From NCBI GenBank assembly GCA_001643675.2, contig LSRY02000015.1:868001-932000 (forward strand): a stretch of DNA of 64,000 bases, written 5' to 3'. Below, one piece after another: positions 24,950 to 35,888 of the stretch. The notes under the pieces are model-generated. The model was not told the DNA's origin, ran no database searches, and saw nothing but the letters and a program-made list of their open reading frames with translations. The translations under genes and the position numbers were made by a program. Numbering within the stretch: the stretch's first letter is position 1; each line of letters begins with the position of its first letter. The stretch comes from Monocercomonoides exilis PA203. Its lineage: Eukaryota > Protista > Preaxostyla.

Positions 24950-26600
24950 CGTTGAATGTCTGAATCATTCCGTCAGTTTCTTCTTTTTCATATGCTCTTT
25001 GGAGCATTGCAACAATCATCATGGAAGGGAATTGAGAGGCGAAGCAGAGGAAAGAATATCCGCTTTTGAGCAGCAACAAGGATGTATCAGGTGGCATGCC
25101 GCGTCCTCCATTGAGCGAGGTGATGTTTTGAACACAGGTGTTGGAGCAGATAAGATTGCGGAGTGTGGAGGAGTAATTCAGGATGGAGAGGCTGTCGTTG
25201 GTGAGTTGAAAGTGGACTTTGAGCATACTTCGACAGAGCTGGCCGAGAAAAATGATAATAAAGATAAAGCGCATCAAAATAATGGATCTTTCTGACATTT
25301 TTATTCCAGAAAGATAAAGAAGAACAATGCTTTTGCTAACAATGGCGAGGACTGTTAAAAAAAGATGTTAGAAGATGCTTATTGATTCATCGTCAAGCAT
25401 AAGCAAAGTTGAAGCAACTTTGAGAACTGAGAGGTTGATGTGGAAGAGATTAAGGGAGAAAGCAGTGAGAGTACAAGAAGCATAAGGAAAGAGGCGAAAG
25501 GGACGTACAGGTGCGTTGGAGAGGTGAGTGGTGTTTTTGCAGGCACAAAGCAGCTTAGAGTTGAAGCAGACACGTTGGTTGGAAGGAGAAAAAAGGGAGG
25601 ATGCGAAGGAACAATTGAAGGAGAGGTGGCTTAAAGGATGATGCAGTCATTGAGAAACACAACGGAAGCCAACTGATGGTGTTCAAATGAACATGATCAA
25701 GACTTCTGGAGATAAACCAGAATCGGATTTTGGCAAGAGGGATATGGGCTTCAAAAGAGAAGGAGGAGATCCAAAAGATATTGACGAGTGTTATCGATTC
25801 AGAGGATTAAAGGGCAAGCGGATGATCTGGTGGCTTTATCGACGAATATCTGTTGGGCGCAGTAGAAGAAGAAGAGGATGAGATCGTGACCGGCATCGAA
25901 GTTGAGGCCGGGACGGGAGGAGTTGGTGTCGCAAAAGGAGGCTTCCGTGACGAGAGAGAGTTGGAAAAAGCGAAGGGAAAAGAGGAACTCGTTGTTTTGG
26001 CTTGGATGCTGCAGCACTGGAGAAAGATGCACTTGCCCGCAAAGGCGTTATTCAAGGCTCAGCGGAGAGCGAGGATGGAAATGGGGTTGGCAGATGCGAC
26101 AGCTTTGTGGGAGCAGTCGAGAAAGAGGCAGTCGCTGTTTGTTGAGCAAGTGATGATGCACTGGATGAGGATGCAAATCAATGCGCGCAACTGGTGAACA
26201 CTCACGCCTCGGCAGCACAGTCTTCAGCACATCTCCTCTCCGCTTTCCCGCTTGAACTGTCCCGTTGCATGACAGCACGATGTTGGTGATGTTGGCAAAG
26301 TCCAAAGCGAAGACTTTTCTTATGTCTGTGGCCGCCAACCTCGAGACAGTCTTTCCGGCCAGTGTGGATGGGCTGATAACATCGAGGGCAGCGACAGTGA
26401 TCAAAGAAAACGAGACTGAGAGGGATTTGAGTTCAGAGGAAGTGGATGCAGAAACTGACATAATATACATGAAAAGGAAAGGGCTCAGTTGTTATAAGAC
26501 ACACGCACTTCAACCGCTTCCACAGTTGCATATGAAAAAGGTGTTTGTGGAGTCTGCATATAAAAAGAGCAGCCTGCAAAAGCCGAGCAACTGAGGAGGT
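24950..26600 (-). pseudogene. Decayed coding fragments (minus strand), unknown origin
   Basis: Protein-like ORF pieces 24723-25298, 25807-26055 and 26048-26470 separated by stops and frameshifts. Confidence 0.35.
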
Positions 26601-26987
26601 AGTATCAGGATGAAGGATGAAAGACGAGGAAGAGGATGAAGGATAAAGAGAAAGGAAAATTTAAAAGTTCAAATAAAGATTTTCTTTCTATGGAAGATAT
26701 AAAATTGTCTAATGAGAAATTCTTAAATTTCATGTTGTTTCTTTAGTAATTTTTTTCAATGGCTTTGATCAATGAATTTTTATAACTAATTTCAAGAATT
26801 ATTAATTAAAGAACAATTATTAACAATGAACAATAGTTTATTCGACAAATATTATGTGTTTCCATCATATTTCTCTATATGTGTTAATGAAAATTATTCG
26901 TTTTCAATAAATGTTTCAAGATCTTCATTGTCAATTAATAAATAACTTTGCATAAACATCATAAAACTAATATTTATATAAAAAAAT

Positions 26988-27276
26988 TACTGATTACATA
27001 TTGTTATTATTGTTTTCATGTTTTCAAAACCAGTTAACTTTTGTTTTGTTCTTATAATTTCAATTTCTATATATATTATTTAATTATTTATGTTTTTTTC
27101 AAATTTTGTAATAAAAACAATTAAAATCAAATTAAAATCAACAAATAATTAATAATAATAATATATTAAACCTTATTTTCATGTAATTTCAACTGAAAAT
27201 TCATTTATCACCCACACCCTTAATAAAATAATTTTTTGATCAAACTTCGTAATTTTTTTATGATATCAAAAAAAAT
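26988..27276 (-). repeat. Second, inverted copy of the left end of the GGG...CCC element family
   Basis: Reverse complement aligns over ~290 bp with 36604-36892 (near-identical ~50-bp block TTATGTTTTTTTCAAA.TTTGTAATAAAAACAATTAAAATCAAAT; CACCCTTAAT; TATGATATCAAAAAAAAT), but lacks the terminal CACCC. Confidence 0.8.
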
Positions 27277-27593
27277 TTTCTATGTCATAGAAAATTTTTT
27301 ATTTCTCATTCAGCTACTGAAGAAAATTGAAAACACGCGTAAATGAATTGTATGTGTGTATAATATACAAAAATGATGACAAATTGTGAAAATTTTTCTT
27401 CTTCAAAATTAGTAAAAATTTTCACTCAAAAAAATTTTTGATCAAAAATAATTTTTTTTCATAGATACATTCAAAAAAGAAACACAAAAACCACATGCAT
27501 ACCAGCATATTCATATGTATTATAACGTGAAATTATTTCGTTTTTTTCAAATTGTTCATCGATGAAAAAAATGAAAAATATTTGAAAAAAGAT

Positions 27594-27647
27594 CACTGGC
27601 TCGGGTTTCCTCACTGGCTCGGGTTTCCTCCCTGGCTCGTGTTTCCA
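27594..27647 (+). repeat. GC-rich 18-bp tandem repeat x3 (CACTGGCTCGGGTTTCCT)
   Basis: Two identical units and a third with 3 substitutions, followed by CCCCGACTA, embedded in very AT-rich DNA. Confidence 0.9.
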
Positions 27648-28484
27648 CCCCGACTATTTATTCAGCTCATTGTCAAACTTATATCCACAATATAAGCTTT
27701 TGTTCTAACTGCAAAATGACAAGCAATTAAATGCAAATACAATTTGAATGGCAAAAGATTCAAGTTTGTATCCCAACCCTGCAATAATATCACTTTCAAT
27801 AATAATCACCTTGATTCATTGTCATTTATTTGAAAAATTATGTAATAAAGACTAAATTTAAACTCTTTTTTTATCAAAATCGAAAAAGGAATTATTTGTC
27901 AAAAATCTTCATCTTTTATTGATAAAACAAGCATAAATATGAGAAAACGTATGAGGAATCGTTTCTTTCTTCACTGGCATTTCAAGAACCTGACTCAAAA
28001 TCTACAATTATTAACGTTTGATGAATTCATTAATGAAATATCACATTCCATCAACATTGTCGTTTGAAAAGTTTTTCACAACACAAACATTAACCGACTC
28101 ACTTCTCTTTTTTCGAATACAATTACAGTGTTAAATTCTCTTTATCTCATTTCTAATAATTTTGTTATTATTGCCTGGACAAATAATAATTTCACCAATA
28201 ATAAAAATCTGCGTTGAAATGCAAATGGAATGTTAATCATATTTTTATTAATAAAAGCATTTTTATCAATAAAAAGAAATGAATTCTCTTTTTCTGACTT
28301 TAAAATGACTGCAATACTATTTTTTTTTTATTTTTCACAAATACGATATCTTCAAAATTAAATTTTTGAATTCAGAAAAAAATCATTTTCTAAATCTTAA
28401 AACACGCAAAGATTAAAGAACACTAAAATCTCAAATATTATAGTAATTGTGTTTTCTCTACACTGAAAATTATCGTATCTCATG

Positions 28485-31400
28485 CTACTCTGCGTTGTTT
28501 ACCATTAATAATTGAATCACTTCTGTCAACTTAGGTCTTTCGTTTGGCTCATCTGCCCACATCTTCTCCATCAGCTCAACCATTTCTTCTCCTTCAATTC
28601 CTTCTGTCAGCGGTCGCACCCCATCCTTCATCATTTCCTGCGCTTCTTCTGGATCACACTCGCTCAAAGGCACTTCTCCTGTTGTCATTTCATGGAAAAT
28701 CAATCCAAGTGTGAAAACAACTGCCTGTTCAATTCCCTCTTCTTCGTCTCCTTCTTCTGGTGCACTCCATCGCTTCATTTCTTCCTTCTCCTTTTCATCC
28801 TCCAATTCCTCTGTCAATAAGTATATTTCATTATTTCCTTCCTCAACAAAGATTGAATATGGACACAGCTGTCTCGCCAACATTTCCATTCTTTCATCGT
28901 CAACTGAAATCAAATGCTTGAACAGTTCTGCCACTGCTTTTACTACTTCCTTCCCATCAACAACATCCATTGCTCTTGTTCCCAGTGTGAAATTACCTTG
29001 CACTGAATGAATTACTGAATGCAATGTTTTGATGCTCTTTTTCTCTTTCTCTCGAAATGGCTTCTTGGCGGATATCACATTGAATGAATGAGATTGTTGC
29101 ATTCCAGAAACAGAATCATTATCAAATGGCAATGGAGATTCCAAATCTGGCAGATCATTTTCATTCAGAATTTCATCAGTCATTGATGGAGGCTCAGGAA
29201 GATCTTCATCGTTGTCAATGAGAAGTGGAATTTGGCTTGTCATTCCTTCCAGCAACGTTGAAGGCATTTCACTCATCTCAAAGCTTCCTCCATAATTTTC
29301 CCTTCTTCTCTTCTCAATTTTCCCCATTATCTGCTCATTTTCCAATTTCTCTTTCTCAACTTTCTTTTCTGATTCTCTCAGTTTCTTTCGCAGAAGCACA
29401 ACAACCACAACAAACAAGACAACAAAAATTAAAAGAGCAACAATACACCCAATAAAGGCAATCAAACTCCATTCAATTTGTTCCTCTCCTTTTGAGATTA
29501 TTTCATCTCCTTTTGGTTCAACCTCACTTTTGTTTTTCAAAACGAATGACTGTGTCGAAAAAGGAGAATTTGAGTTCCCAAATAAAATATGCACACTCAC
29601 TTCTATTTCATCTTCACAACTGCTGATGAGATCCTTTGACACACTTCCTTCTGCTTCTTTTTCTGACAAAAACCCATTTGAATCAAAATCATGCTTTTCA
29701 ATCTCTTTCTCTTCACCTTTTCTCTTCACAACTGTGAATGACAGATTGCATGGAATAAGAAGCATCCCTTTGAATGCCAATTTCATACTATCTGTTGTTT
29801 CCTTTGCTTCCACACTCTCCAAAACAGGAATGAAAAATGATGAATCCCTTTCAGAAACAATCCCTTCAATTAGGCATCCATCATTCAATATCCACATCGA
29901 TGAGTCATCTTTCACTCCATCTCCTCCTTTCAAACTGGAAATAGACAGTGAAGCAGAGTCTGAACAGATAATATTTCTTCGAAGAGAAGGATATTTTGTT
30001 TTTGAAGGATTGTTGTTGCTGAAGTTTCCTGCTTCAATCTTCACATTCCCACTCGACACGGATAATCCACCTGAAGAAGCATTTAAAATTGTCACATCCT
30101 TCATCATCAGCGAAGTATTAATTGAATGAACAAGTGATCCACTCCATTCACATATTTCTTCAAATGCATTATTTCTCTCACTCTCGCTCTCTTTTGTTAA
30201 CAATCCTTCAAACTCACATATGTGCATAGAAACATCCTTCGCATTATTCATCTCCATCATGCTTCCTTTGCTTGACAGAGAATTACAGGCTGAACATGAA
30301 CAGTTAGAAAGAACAATTTGAGCAGAAGTTGAAGAAGAAGAAAGAACAGAAGCTCCTTCTGAATTCCTCGAGCAGTTCTTGAATGAGGAGCTTCCAATCG
30401 AGACACTTCCTAAAGCTGAACTGCCAATCGAAATGATGCAACCCTCAGACAATTTCACTCCATCTGCATCAATTCCATTCAGCACAATACTTCCACAATT
30501 GCCAATCTCAACAACATTTCTTGTTGATTCAATCTGTTCCAGTTTCATATTTGTCAACGAAATCTCATCCCCACAAAACAGAAAAGATGGTTTCTTGAAC
30601 GAAAGCATTGATATTGAGCAGTTGTCAACATGAAGAATCCCCTTTGCAACGATAAGCAATGTTGAGTTGAGAACAACTGAATCAATGTTTGTAACATCGA
30701 CAATCGAAGAAAAATCAACAAATAAAAGAGAAAGCTGTCCACTTGATTCATGGATAATAGAGCTGCCCGAATACGAAAATAACTGGTCAAAGTTGAATTT
30801 CACACTCTCAATCCGAACTTTCTCTGAAGTTTCGAGAAGACTTCCCTTACCGCCAGAAATTGTTGAGTTCAGATGCACCAAAGCTGTTGAGGGAGATTCA
30901 AGTGAGCGGATGGTCACATCATGTACATCACATTCCCCATTAATGATCGTCTCATCTGAAACCAACAGCTGTGAATATGATGAAGGAATGATGTGTTGAA
31001 CTCCAACATCCAATGAGTGACATGGTGCACTCAACTTTCCACATTGCTTGCTATCTCCGTGGTTGCCTGTTGCTGAAGAAACAAATATCGTCTCGCTTTG
31101 GTATTTAACGACTCTCAGCAGAAGATCCTCTTCCCCAACAAACGAGTCTGTTGTAGCACCCCATATTGCAAGATCCTTCACAAATGGCAATCTGAAATCC
31201 AAAAGGAATTGCTCATCAACAATCTGATTTTCGATTGAATAGCATCGAACATACACATCTCTCCCTCTGAATGCAGAGTTGCCTCTGAATGTGATGTTTG
31301 ACAGCACAAAGTTCAGAGGCTGCTCAACCACCGAGGTGCATTCCAGAAACAGCCACCCGCCTCTTCCTGTGGTGGAGCAGAAGCACTCTGAAATCGTGCA

Positions 31401-34400
31401 AAATGAGCAGTCAAAGCTTCCTCCCTCATTCAACACACAAAACATCCCTCCTCCTTTTCCACACCTCATTCCACCGCATCCCTTCATCGTTGTGTTTCGA
31501 ATCACCATTTTCAATGGCTCATCATCATTGTCATTTCGGATGATGGGAATATCATCTGTTGTGTTTTGGGTGACTTCTTCGAAAATGCTCCATTCAATAA
31601 TAATGTTTTGCTCAACTTCATTATTTTCTCTCCCTGAACTCTTTGATATCCTCAATCCGCTTGCCCCATCCAGCTCAATATTCTTCATCGTAAGGTTTTT
31701 CATGTTCAATGCCGTTGTTGACAGCACAGAAATGAAATCTTTTGAAAAGCAGAGTGACTGCATTGACACAAATTCCAATACAACTGTGCCTTCATCTGCC
31801 TTGATCAATCCAAAGTTGATCGTTCCTTCTCTGCTTTCTTCATTTTTGGTGAACGAGCAGTCTTTCAGAGTCAACAATCCATCATTCGCTCCAACATCTA
31901 TAAAATAACTGACTCCATTTCTGAAGGATGATGGCATCAAAAACTTCATCAGTTCGAAATTGGAAATTCCAGAAATCTTCATTGCTGCTCCTTCTGCTCC
32001 TTCAAGCGATGAGAGACACTCTAAAGAACACATTTCTTCATCATCCGATTTCACTGAAATTCCACTCACATCAACACTCTTCTGAAGATACCCTTTTCCA
32101 ATGATGCTGATAATCCTTTCATTTCCCTCAGGCAATCGATCCAATGAATAATCAATAGAAAGGCAAGGATAATCTGAGAATCCACAAGTGCAAACATCTT
32201 TTCCATCATCTCTGATAAATATCTCTGAACCAATTGCTCTCCAGAAATAAATCAGTGGAATAGCATTCGCTGTATCATTCCCATCAAAGCCTCTCATGGA
32301 ATTCAATGAAGTACCATCCAGATGCCCAGATACAAATGGAAGAGAAATGTTTGTGATGCTCTTTGTCAAGTTCGATGACTCAACAAACAGGTCATTTCCA
32401 CACTTTGCAACATTTGGCTCTTCTGAATCAAAAATGGGGGATGAGATCACAAATGAAGAATGGTCATCAATCAGCTTCAGTGCCATCCCTCCTCCAAATC
32501 CGGTCTTCTCTTCTCCAGCTGGTGCTGTGCATCCTGTAAATGTGCATGAAACAATATCCATTTGAATATTCCCTTTCAACTGAGCATTGATTGCTCCTCC
32601 TCTGCTCTCATCTGCCAGCACGGAGCATCCATCAAAATCACATTTTTCAATATTTATTTCTGAATTTGAATCTTCATCATCGCTGTTATCAATGCTCACA
32701 CACCCTCCATTTCCAGCTGCTCTTTCTATTTCTGTGAAATTAGAGTTCGTCATGTTCAGCCATTTGGTGCTCATCAACCCAGTATTTGCGCTGCTTCCAG
32801 ACAACGAGATCAATGGATTTCCATTCAAAGTGATTGAAGAAGCCGAAAACGATTCAATGGTCAATGTCCCAGATTCAACAGATAAGAACAGAAATGTTAA
32901 TTCAGATAAAGGATTTTGAAGAGAAAGAGAACATTGAGACAAAGTCAGTTGTGAAGATGAAGAAATAAAAGTTGAATGTGAAAGAGACGGAGGAAGAGAG
33001 AAGATAAGTTTTGACAATTTTGTTTCAACATATGTTGTTATCATCGCTGAATTGGATGTTTCACTTGCATCAGAGACTGTCCAGCCACTTTGCTCATCAT
33101 TTCCTCGGATTTCATGTTTCTTTTCTTTCAAGGCCAATTCATCACTCATCAAAATCATTCCACTCACAACAACTTTCTTTGTTTCAGTTTGACGTGTGAG
33201 TGAGTGCTTCAAGGTTAAACAAGGGAATTGGACAATTCCACAATGTGAGTGATCATATGCCTCATTATTGCTTACAAAGATTTCTTCTGGGGTGGGAAGG
33301 AGATAGATGCACAGAGGGATGATCAAACTTGTGTTTCCATTGTCGTATCCTCGAACCTTCTCAAAAGAATCAAACGAAGCTGTCAAACATGCGATCCTTT
33401 CACTTTTTGCTGTTGACTCCAAGTTGATCGAGTCAACAAAAATGTCACTTCCCCATTTGGCCCTGTTCACTTCAAATGCTGATGAAATTTGAAAGTTTGC
33501 ATTTGTGTCTCTCACTTTCAGCCCAATCCCTCCTCCTCTCCCTTGAGTGGCCGAGGCATAACAGTTCTTCACAACACCTCCTTTCACATTCAATGAACCA
33601 ACATTCCCCATTTCAACCATCATCCCTCCTCCGAAATCGGAGGCTTCACTCCCACAGCCATCAATTGTGCATCCCTTAAAAGTTATTGAATGTGACCTTT
33701 CACCCACATTCATCAGTGATGATCCTGCTGTTGTTCTCACAATGTTGTTGAATGTGCAGTTGCCCAGAGACAATGTTACAGAAAATCCTTGAGGCAGAGA
33801 TATCACACTTGTTGTGCTGAATGTTTGTCCCCATCTCACATCTTTCATCATCAAACTTCCCCATCCCATCTTCACAAGCGAGTTCTGCATGCTCCTCTCT
33901 TCTGAATGAGCAGAACCCATCGAAACATTTGTTCTCTCCAAATTGATCCCTCCAGACCCTTGAACCTCAAACAATATGCTTTTTCGATTTTTTTCAAGTG
34001 ACGAATTGTGAACCACTGACAGATCGCTCACACTCAACTCTCCTGTTCCAACCCAAAACAGACTCAGTCCATTTCCCTCAAACTTTGTTTCAATGGCTGA
34101 GCCAGCTGGCGAAACTCCATTCACAGAGATTGTTCTCCCACCAACAACAACTCCTTTTCCTTCCACAACTGTTCCACTCAACACCTTCATTTCCTCCACA
34201 AACCCCACAATCATCTGGGAAAGGCAATGGCTGATTGTGAGGCATGAGTAGCTTTCATTCAACCCGCAACTGAATGTGTCTTTTGCTTTTGGCTGTGTCT
34301 GAGTTGAAGCAACAAATCTGCATTTTCCTCCATTGTTTGGAAGCCATTCACTTTTGTCTAATCCATATGCAAAATATCTCACTCCTTCAGTTCTGGTTGA

Positions 34401-35888
34401 ATAGCACCAAACAAGTTGAGAATCTGTGGAGTTATCATGAACGTAAATATCATTTCCTTGAGGAGCACTGTTATTATGGAAAAAGCAAAACCATAGCAAT
34501 TCCCCACCATAACTTTTTATATACAATGCAGCTGCACCTCCTCGATAATCAGAATGGCACTCTTGAAAGAGGCAATTATGAACAACAATTTTATCAATTG
34601 CATCCCAGTTAATTAATGCTCCTCCATCTGAACTACTTGAATTGTGCCCGCTGCAATTAATAAATGAACAATCCAACACGCAATCATTTGTTTTCATTGA
34701 TTTCGAACTCCAAATTCCAATTCCGCCTCCATCATTTTCAGACCATCCGTCAATGAATGAACAGTTTGTCACCAGAATTTGAACGCTCAAACCGTACATT
34801 CCAACGCAAGCTCCTCCTGTGTCGGTTAATGATGAACAGTAGCACTCAATGAATGTGGAATGCTTTACTGTGCATTCTGCAATACTGACAACGTATATCC
34901 CTCCACCTCTTGTTTCAGTTGCATTACATTTCACAAATGAGGAATTTTCAACAGTCAGCGTTGCACTCGAATTGTCATGCACATACAGTGCACCACCACA
35001 CGGAGCAGCACATTCATTCCATTCAGCGTTCTTATATGTCTGTGTTTGAGTTGTTGAATTTCTTTCTGTATTTCCCACTCTCCAATCCACTCTTTCGTTG
35101 TGGAGGAATGTGCAATTGTTGCAGGAAAAGAAAATAGATCCTTCTGTTCCACTCACTATCCCTCCCTCAAGTACGTTCATAGAAGATGACATAAAGCAGT
35201 TTCCCATCAAACTCTGGATACATAAATGCCCAGCGCAAAAGCAATTGTTCTTAGAAAATTTCACAGAAAGGTTATAAAAGGAGCAGCCATCAATCTGTTC
35301 GCTTTGGCTCTTTCCAGAAACAAGGAAACATTCCACAGAAGACATGGTCAAACTTGAAAAAACGGAATCACTCAAAATGATAGAAGAAAGTTTGTCAGAT
35401 GAAGATACAAGACTGTTGGGGTACGCTTCTCCTTTTTGAAATAAGCTCAAGTTTCCAATAAAAATTGAACTTTCTCGTAATAAAAATAAAGATGAAGAAT
35501 TTTGGAAGATGATGCATGATTCGATTCTTGTTCTAGAATATGTTATTGAGAGTAGAAAAGACGAAACAGCACGACGATCCAGCGAAAGCAACCTCAATTC
35601 AACTGAAGAATTGAAAACAGAAAAAATGGTTATTAATGCAGCGCATGGAGTAGGAAATAATTCTTTAACTTGTCGAAAAGCATTTACATCACTACCAGTC
35701 TTATTAACAGATTTTGTTCTCAATTCCATGGGAGATAGCTCTTCCTTGTCAGAATAAATGTGTGAATAATCAGAGCAAAAACCAGAACAAACATCAAGAT
35801 TCTTCGTTTCATGATATTGAAAAATATCTTGAATTCCAAGCGCTTTAGCCATGAGCATGTAGAAAAATAAAAACAATCGTCCGCTCAT
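28485..35888 (-). CDS. Giant type-I membrane protein (2467 aa): signal peptide, pectin-lyase-like/Pmp-type beta-helix ectodomain, single TM helix, truncated TKL-like pseudokinase tail
   Basis: Single uninterrupted ORF with a hydrophobic N-terminus, many GGA(I/L)/F..C.A repeats and four CG....(P/S)C.(T/S)(I/L) modules. TM WSLIAFIGCIVALLIFVVLFVVVVVLL is followed by RKK. The C-terminus RWSAPE..AVVFTLGLIFHEMTTGEVP..MEKMWADEPNERP matches kinase subdomains VIII-XI. Confidence 0.88.
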   Translation of the reverse strand: MSGRLFLFFYMLMAKALGIQDIFQYHETKNLDVCSGFCSDYSHIYSDKEELSPMELRTKSVNKTGSDVNAFRQVKELFPTPCAALITIFSVFNSSVELRLLSLDRRAVSSFLLSITYSRTRIESCIIFQNSSSLFLLRESSIFIGNLSLFQKGEAYPNSLVSSSDKLSSIILSDSVFSSLTMSSVECFLVSGKSQSEQIDGCSFYNLSVKFSKNNCFCAGHLCIQSLMGNCFMSSSMNVLEGGIVSGTEGSIFFSCNNCTFLHNERVDWRVGNTERNSTTQTQTYKNAEWNECAAPCGGALYVHDNSSATLTVENSSFVKCNATETRGGGIYVVSIAECTVKHSTFIECYCSSLTDTGGACVGMYGLSVQILVTNCSFIDGWSENDGGGIGIWSSKSMKTNDCVLDCSFINCSGHNSSSSDGGALINWDAIDKIVVHNCLFQECHSDYRGGAAALYIKSYGGELLWFCFFHNNSAPQGNDIYVHDNSTDSQLVWCYSTRTEGVRYFAYGLDKSEWLPNNGGKCRFVASTQTQPKAKDTFSCGLNESYSCLTISHCLSQMIVGFVEEMKVLSGTVVEGKGVVVGGRTISVNGVSPAGSAIETKFEGNGLSLFWVGTGELSVSDLSVVHNSSLEKNRKSILFEVQGSGGINLERTNVSMGSAHSEERSMQNSLVKMGWGSLMMKDVRWGQTFSTTSVISLPQGFSVTLSLGNCTFNNIVRTTAGSSLMNVGERSHSITFKGCTIDGCGSEASDFGGGMMVEMGNVGSLNVKGGVVKNCYASATQGRGGGIGLKVRDTNANFQISSAFEVNRAKWGSDIFVDSINLESTAKSERIACLTASFDSFEKVRGYDNGNTSLIIPLCIYLLPTPEEIFVSNNEAYDHSHCGIVQFPCLTLKHSLTRQTETKKVVVSGMILMSDELALKEKKHEIRGNDEQSGWTVSDASETSNSAMITTYVETKLSKLIFSLPPSLSHSTFISSSSQLTLSQCSLSLQNPLSELTFLFLSVESGTLTIESFSASSITLNGNPLISLSGSSANTGLMSTKWLNMTNSNFTEIERAAGNGGCVSIDNSDDEDSNSEINIEKCDFDGCSVLADESRGGAINAQLKGNIQMDIVSCTFTGCTAPAGEEKTGFGGGMALKLIDDHSSFVISSPIFDSEEPNVAKCGNDLFVESSNLTKSITNISLPFVSGHLDGTSLNSMRGFDGNDTANAIPLIYFWRAIGSEIFIRDDGKDVCTCGFSDYPCLSIDYSLDRLPEGNERIISIIGKGYLQKSVDVSGISVKSDDEEMCSLECLSSLEGAEGAAMKISGISNFELMKFLMPSSFRNGVSYFIDVGANDGLLTLKDCSFTKNEESREGTINFGLIKADEGTVVLEFVSMQSLCFSKDFISVLSTTALNMKNLTMKNIELDGASGLRISKSSGRENNEVEQNIIIEWSIFEEVTQNTTDDIPIIRNDNDDEPLKMVIRNTTMKGCGGMRCGKGGGMFCVLNEGGSFDCSFCTISECFCSTTGRGGWLFLECTSVVEQPLNFVLSNITFRGNSAFRGRDVYVRCYSIENQIVDEQFLLDFRLPFVKDLAIWGATTDSFVGEEDLLLRVVKYQSETIFVSSATGNHGDSKQCGKLSAPCHSLDVGVQHIIPSSYSQLLVSDETIINGECDVHDVTIRSLESPSTALVHLNSTISGGKGSLLETSEKVRIESVKFNFDQLFSYSGSSIIHESSGQLSLLFVDFSSIVDVTNIDSVVLNSTLLIVAKGILHVDNCSISMLSFKKPSFLFCGDEISLTNMKLEQIESTRNVVEIGNCGSIVLNGIDADGVKLSEGCIISIGSSALGSVSIGSSSFKNCSRNSEGASVLSSSSTSAQIVLSNCSCSACNSLSSKGSMMEMNNAKDVSMHICEFEGLLTKESESERNNAFEEICEWSGSLVHSINTSLMMKDVTILNASSGGLSVSSGNVKIEAGNFSNNNPSKTKYPSLRRNIICSDSASLSISSLKGGDGVKDDSSMWILNDGCLIEGIVSERDSSFFIPVLESVEAKETTDSMKLAFKGMLLIPCNLSFTVVKRKGEEKEIEKHDFDSNGFLSEKEAEGSVSKDLISSCEDEIEVSVHILFGNSNSPFSTQSFVLKNKSEVEPKGDEIISKGEEQIEWSLIAFIGCIVALLIFVVLFVVVVVLLRKKLRESEKKVEKEKLENEQIMGKIEKRRRENYGGSFEMSEMPSTLLEGMTSQIPLLIDNDEDLPEPPSMTDEILNENDLPDLESPLPFDNDSVSGMQQSHSFNVISAKKPFREKEKKSIKTLHSVIHSVQGNFTLGTRAMDVVDGKEVVKAVAELFKHLISVDDERMEMLARQLCPYSIFVEEGNNEIYLLTEELEDEKEKEEMKRWSAPEEGDEEEGIEQAVVFTLGLIFHEMTTGEVPLSECDPEEAQEMMKDGVRPLTEGIEGEEMVELMEKMWADEPNERPKLTEVIQLLMVNNAE

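Noticed and set aside
27594-27647. CRISPR array
   Set aside because: Repeats are directly adjacent with no spacers, the context is eukaryotic, and no cas genes are present.
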